In this document: piece by piece, positions 15,402 through 18,988 of the stretch
Numbering within the stretch: position 1 is the first letter of the stretch
Layout of the letters: each line of letters opens with the position of its first letter
From: a candidate division WOR-3 bacterium
GTDB taxonomy: Bacteria > Hydrothermota > Hydrothermia > JBDRYB01
Assembly (NCBI GenBank): GCA_049969615.1
Contig: JBMFOM010000031.1
Span: forward strand, 1 to 18,988
Reading direction: 5' to 3'
Length of the DNA stretch: 18,988 bases
The notes under the pieces: model-generated
The model's input: the letters and a program-made list of their open reading frames with translations, nothing else
Told to the model about the DNA's origin: nothing
The model's database searches: none
Translations under genes and position numbers: made by a program

Positions 15402-16659
15402 GGGCCTTCACCGCGCAGAACTCCCCGCACATGGTGCAGAAGTCCTCGGATGAGGCCTCGCTTTCGGCCCTGTATCTCCGAGCCTTCTCGGGGTCAATTG
15501 CGAGCCGGAACATGGTCTCCCAGTCAAGCCTTGCCCTGGCCTCTGACATGGCCCTGTCGTGTTCCCACGCGACTGGAAAACCCTTCGCGAGGTCGGCTAT
15601 GTGTGCGGCTATCCTGGTTATTATAACCCCCTCGCGGACATCCTGCGGCGTAGGCAATCTCAGGTGCTCGGCCGGCGTCAGATAACAAAGAAAATCAGCA
15701 CCCGCCGCGCCGGCTATGGCCCCTCCAACCGCCGCGGCTATGTGGTCGTATCCGGGGGCTATATCCGTTGGCAGGGGACCAAGGATGTAGAAGGGAAGCC
15801 CTCTTGTCAGGCTCTTCTGTATCATTATGTTGGTCTCTATCTGGCCGAGGGGAACATGGCCTGGCCCCTCTATCATGACCTGAACCCCTCTTTCAAGGCA
15901 CCTGGCGCCTAGCTCCGCGAGGGTTATGAGCTCCTCAATCTGGGGCCTGTCCCCAGCGTCCGCAATCGCGCCTGGTCTCATGCCATCGCCCAAAGAAAGC
16001 GTGATATCGTATTCCTCTGCTATGTCCAGTATCTCGTCAAACCCCTCGTAGAGGAGGTTTTCCCTCCCGTTCGCCTCCATCCACGCGACCAGCATTGACC
16101 CCCCACGCGAAACGACATTCAAAACCCTCCCACCAGCCTTCATGAGCTCCCATGCCCTCCGGGTCGTGCCAGCGTGAATTGTCATGAAGTCAACCCCCTC
16201 TCTTGCTTGTTTCTCCATGACCCGCAGGAAATCCGAAAGCGTCATGTCCTCCACGCGTTTTTGTTTTCGGGAGAGCTCAAAACCCACCTGATATATGGGG
16301 ACAGTTCCGACAGGAATCCTGGAATGCTTTATTATCTCTTTTCTTATCCGGTTCAGGAACTGGCCCAGGGAGAGGTCCATGACCGTGTCTGCGCCGGCAT
16401 CAACAGCGACGTGGAGTTTCTCTATTTCTTCCTTGACGACCATGTGGTATGGAGAAGAACCTATGTTCGCGTTGACTTTTGTCCGAAGGCCTTCGCCCAC
16501 CCCAATCGGCCTCACATCATGCACGACGTTCTTCAGGATTACCACCCTTCCGGACCTTACCAGCTCAAGGACGCGTTCCGGCGCGAGGCCCTCGTCCGTG
16601 GCCACCTGCCTCATCTCTGGGGTTATGATTCCAGCAAGCGCTTTTTGTCTCTGGGTCAT
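15379..16659 (-). CDS. thiC: Phosphomethylpyrimidine synthase ThiC (short, anaerobe-type)
   Basis: KVNANIG, GADTVMDLS, GTVPIYQ, VDFMTIHAG, VSRGGS, SLGDGMRPG, MIEGPGH, TDIAPGYDHI, TPAEHL and C-terminal Fe-S motif CTMCGEFC. BzaA/B/F paralogy cannot be excluded by eye. Confidence 0.92.
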   Translation of the reverse strand: MTQRQKALAGIITPEMRQVATDEGLAPERVLELVRSGRVVILKNVVHDVRPIGVGEGLRTKVNANIGSSPYHMVVKEEIEKLHVAVDAGADTVMDLSLGQFLNRIRKEIIKHSRIPVGTVPIYQVGFELSRKQKRVEDMTLSDFLRVMEKQAREGVDFMTIHAGTTRRAWELMKAGGRVLNVVSRGGSMLVAWMEANGRENLLYEGFDEILDIAEEYDITLSLGDGMRPGAIADAGDRPQIEELITLAELGARCLERGVQVMIEGPGHVPLGQIETNIMIQKSLTRGLPFYILGPLPTDIAPGYDHIAAAVGGAIAGAAGADFLCYLTPAEHLRLPTPQDVREGVIITRIAAHIADLAKGFPVAWEHDRAMSEARARLDWETMFRLAIDPEKARRYRAESEASSEDFCTMCGEFCAVKALKRILGE

Positions 16660-16886
16660 GCTTTCTCTATAACCGCGAAATATCTGTCGTTTTCGGCTCC
16701 AAGATCAACTAGCCGGTTGCCGGTTTCATGGCACCAGGCTGAAATGTCTATCGCGAAATCCTGGTTTGAAAAAAACACCCTTAGCCGCTCACCAGAGGTT
16801 ATCCCTCTGAGCTTTGACGCTATATCCTCAAGGACAGATGAGCAATCTGACCAGCCCAGAAAGAGAACCTCTTCCTTTGCGGACAC
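16656..16886 (-). CDS. TusA/SirA-family sulfur-carrier-like protein with atypical Cys motif
   Basis: 76 aa with SGERLRVFFSNQDFAIDISAWCHETGNRLV...YFAVIEKA, matching the TusA fold. ATGA overlap with the thiC start. GTG 16886 is 6 nt after TATAAT. Confidence 0.82.
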   Translation of the reverse strand: MSAKEEVLFLGWSDCSSVLEDIASKLRGITSGERLRVFFSNQDFAIDISAWCHETGNRLVDLGAENDRYFAVIEKA

Positions 16887-16892
16887 CTGATA

Positions 16893-16921
16893 ATTATAAC
16901 CCATTTCCTGCGTAGGATCAA
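16893..16921 (-). promoter_or_regulatory. sigma70-type promoter for the tusA-like/thiC operon (leaderless)
   Basis: TTGATC-17 nt-TATAAT-6 nt-GTG. Confidence 0.7.
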
Positions 16922-16926
16922 ACATT

Positions 16927-16984
16927 AAGGTGCCCTTGGTTCAAACCAGTGAGTTATTATTACTTTATCAGAAGTCTCAACCCT
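16927..16984 (-). repeat. Dispersed repeat, partial copy C (spans the putative IS end/flank junction)
   Basis: The reverse complement of 16927-16970 matches 82-125 at 35/44 with no gaps, and all 9 mismatches are transitions. AGGGTTGA is also shared across a 9-nt indel. Confidence 0.8.
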
Positions 16985-17035
16985 TTAAATCATTGATATG
17001 AAAAATTGCCCCATACGCTAGGAGCCACGGTCTTT

Positions 17036-18832
17036 CTAAGAATTCCTCTTTATTCCCTCTTTGGCCCATTTGTTGCCTGGGTCAAGGTTAAGTAGTCGTA
17101 TCCAGCATTCAAGGGCCTTTTCCTTGTCGCCCTTTTCCTCGTAAGCCTTGGCTTTGCGTTCCAGTTCACATAGCCCCAAGTAGTACTTTGCCTCCGTGTT
17201 CTTGGGATTCTCGTTCAGGATCTGTTGGGCTATTCTGTATGCCTTATCAACATTGTGCTCCTCTTCGTAAGCCCTTTTCAGGTCGCCGACCTTGTCCAGC
17301 TTGGTCTCAAGTGATATGGTGGGTTCACCCAGACCCGTAATCTTTGTGCCACCTGATTCCAGGTTTATTTTATCCACCGTTGGCAATTGGGATGAGAGGT
17401 CAACCGAGGGTTTTCCGAGGCCGGAGGAGCTAGTCCCGAGGCCGGTTGTTTTGCCGATGTCTATTGTAGGCTCAGACATCTTTATATCGGGTTTCTTGAC
17501 TCCAAGGTCAGTGTAGGTGGGCACTGATCCAGATGTGGTTTGGCTTTTCTGTGTGATGGTGGCGAGTTTCTCCTGGCGTTTTTCCTTGCTCTCTTTTTTG
17601 GTTGATTTTATGGTCTGTTCCAGGGCTAACAGTTGTGGGTGATCCGGTGCCCTAGCGAGCGCCATTGAGAGCACTGAGAGGGCCTCTTTGTCCCTTCCAT
17701 CCAAGTATAACTGCTTGGCGTCGTTATAGGCGTCTATGATAAACATGTTCCGTATGATGTCGTCGGATAGATAGGAGATATACTTGTCGTCCCTAAACTC
17801 CGGTTCCGCCATCACGGCCTCAAGCATGGATAGTGCCTCGGAGAGGTTGCCCTGCGTGACCAGGGTTTCTGCCCTTGCCACTGATGTCCAACCCCGAAGA
17901 TATTTCTGGCTCCTGGCAAGCCACTCTGTCGCCTCTGGGTCTGCTTTCTTTATGGTGAGGGCCTTTTTGAAGGATTCCTCTGCCCTAGCGTATTCCCTGA
18001 CCTTGCCCTCTGTTTCGGTCACGAATTGTGCTGATGAGAACGCGGATTTGCCGCTGGATATGGCGTTGGTGTAGGTCTGTGACCTCTGCTGGAAAAACAG
18101 AAATACGCCTATGCCAATCAGGATCACGCCAACGGCTCCCAGGGCCGCCCATATGGCCACCGGAACCTTCTTACCACCGCGAGCCGCGAATATCTCGCTC
18201 TCTGGCTTTTCCGCTGGATCAACGAAAAGTAGCCTGGTTTTTCCTATGGCGAGTTCGTCCCCGGATGAGAGCCGTGTCCTTGCTAACAGGGGTTTCCCAT
18301 TAACCAGAACAGGATTCTTTCCACCAATGTCCTCAACCTCAACCTTGTCGTTAATGATGTGTATCTGCAGGTGTTTTCTGGAAATATATGGGTCATCCAG
18401 CCTGTAATCAGTGTCCTCGCCGCGTCCGAGTGTTCCGCTGTCCTTGAGCTCATAAATCGCGCCCATCACCGGGCCGGAAAGTACCTTGAAGTATGGCAGT
18501 TCTTCCATGGGCAAAAACTGGGTCGCCTGTGAGCCTTCCTCAAGTGCAACCGGTATTTCCTTGACCAACAGCCTTCCACCCAGAAAGACTATCTTGTCGC
18601 CCTCAAAGAGGAGGATCTCGCCCATGAGCGGTTTGTCATTGACCTTGATGCCAGGATGTTTTACCTGAAGGAAGTAGCTCTCACCCTTCCTCTCTATGGT
18701 CATGTGCTCCGGGGCCAGAGTTGCAATCACCAGGTCCGAGCTCGGGGCTGAGCCAATTACAAATGGGACTTTCGCAACCGCAACCTCTCTCTCCACACCA
18801 GAATAAGGCAATTGTAATAACAGCTTCATCAT
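17036..18832 (-). CDS. FHA-FHA-transmembrane-TPR protein
   Basis: Degenerate FHA1 (IGSAPSSDLVI...H), near-canonical FHA2 (LGR...ISRKH...NPVLVNG), TM helix VPVAIWAALGAVGVILIGIGVFLFF, helical/TPR region, T/S/K/P-rich linker and C-terminal TPR. SD AGGAGGT favours ATG 18832. Confidence 0.9.
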   Translation of the reverse strand: MMKLLLQLPYSGVEREVAVAKVPFVIGSAPSSDLVIATLAPEHMTIERKGESYFLQVKHPGIKVNDKPLMGEILLFEGDKIVFLGGRLLVKEIPVALEEGSQATQFLPMEELPYFKVLSGPVMGAIYELKDSGTLGRGEDTDYRLDDPYISRKHLQIHIINDKVEVEDIGGKNPVLVNGKPLLARTRLSSGDELAIGKTRLLFVDPAEKPESEIFAARGGKKVPVAIWAALGAVGVILIGIGVFLFFQQRSQTYTNAISSGKSAFSSAQFVTETEGKVREYARAEESFKKALTIKKADPEATEWLARSQKYLRGWTSVARAETLVTQGNLSEALSMLEAVMAEPEFRDDKYISYLSDDIIRNMFIIDAYNDAKQLYLDGRDKEALSVLSMALARAPDHPQLLALEQTIKSTKKESKEKRQEKLATITQKSQTTSGSVPTYTDLGVKKPDIKMSEPTIDIGKTTGLGTSSSGLGKPSVDLSSQLPTVDKINLESGGTKITGLGEPTISLETKLDKVGDLKRAYEEEHNVDKAYRIAQQILNENPKNTEAKYYLGLCELERKAKAYEEKGDKEKALECWIRLLNLDPGNKWAKEGIKRNS

Positions 18833-18868
18833 CTCGTTCACCTCCTAGGATCCTAGGGGTAGGCCTAT

Positions 18869-18897
18869 ATTATAACTGATTTTCCAGGGTCAGGCAA
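18869..18897 (-). promoter_or_regulatory. sigma70-type promoter for the FHA gene
   Basis: TTGCCT-17 nt-TATAAT on the minus strand. Confidence 0.7.
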
Positions 18898-18911
18898 GGC
18901 CTTTAACAGCT

Positions 18912-18973
18912 GTGATCCTTCACCCGGCTGTCCTCTAGCTGGGTGATCCTTCACCCGGCTGGCCTCTAGCTGG
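18912..18973. repeat. Tandem duplication, 2 x 31 bp
   Basis: GTGATCCTTCACCCGGCTG[T/G]CCTCTAGCTGG at 18912-18942 and 18943-18973, with one mismatch and no spacer. Confidence 0.95.
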
Positions 18974-18988
18974 CCCCTGATTGACCAC

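Noticed and set aside
16887-17035. TPP riboswitch upstream of thiC
   Set aside because: No CUGAGA/ACCUG-type core on the minus strand; the space is occupied by a promoter and repeat copy C.
803-18668. Numerous antisense or alternate-frame ORFs (e.g. 803..1378, 5987..6655, 10872..11522, 16174..16890)
   Set aside because: They are shadows of well-supported genes, expected at this GC content, with no recognisable motifs.
18878-18900. 12-bp match GATTTTCCAGGG to repeat copy B (11739-11750)
   Set aside because: Too short, does not extend, and lies in a promoter spacer.
18912-18973. CRISPR array
   Set aside because: Only two units, directly abutting with no spacer, and no cas genes in the window.
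1-18988. tRNA, rRNA, prophage or defence-system genes
   Set aside because: No cloverleaf or rRNA-like segments in the short intergenic regions, and no phage, nuclease or toxin motifs recognised.

Overview
This is a mostly housekeeping bacterial window of roughly mid-50s GC% (estimated by eye). A T9SS-type C-terminal sorting domain and very short uncharged signal peptides suggest an FCB-associated lineage such as WOR-3 (inference). Gene order: 3' tip of an IS110-family transposase, aldehyde dehydrogenase (-), a PBP transpeptidase / secreted protein / ubiX / tnaA cluster, trpS, a decayed PQQ-repeat pseudogene (-), a T9SS-type cargo protein, a degenerate AroE homologue, a lipoprotein (-), hbd, TPR protein (-), gcvPB (-), TPR protein (+), thiC (-), a TusA-like gene (-) and an FHA-FHA-TM-TPR protein (-). 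The most notable signals are: (1) an unannotated ~170-nt intergenic repeat family with 4 full or partial copies, one fused to the apparent IS110 right end and another that looks like the empty hairpin target; (2) an intact shikimate dehydrogenase homologue with nearly all catalytic residues substituted; (3) a TrpRS with a ~75-aa helical insertion plus a 4-Cys cluster motif; (4) a non-canonical TusA coupled to thiC; (5) pervasive leaderless promoter architecture. All calls come from reading motifs by eye; no searches were run.
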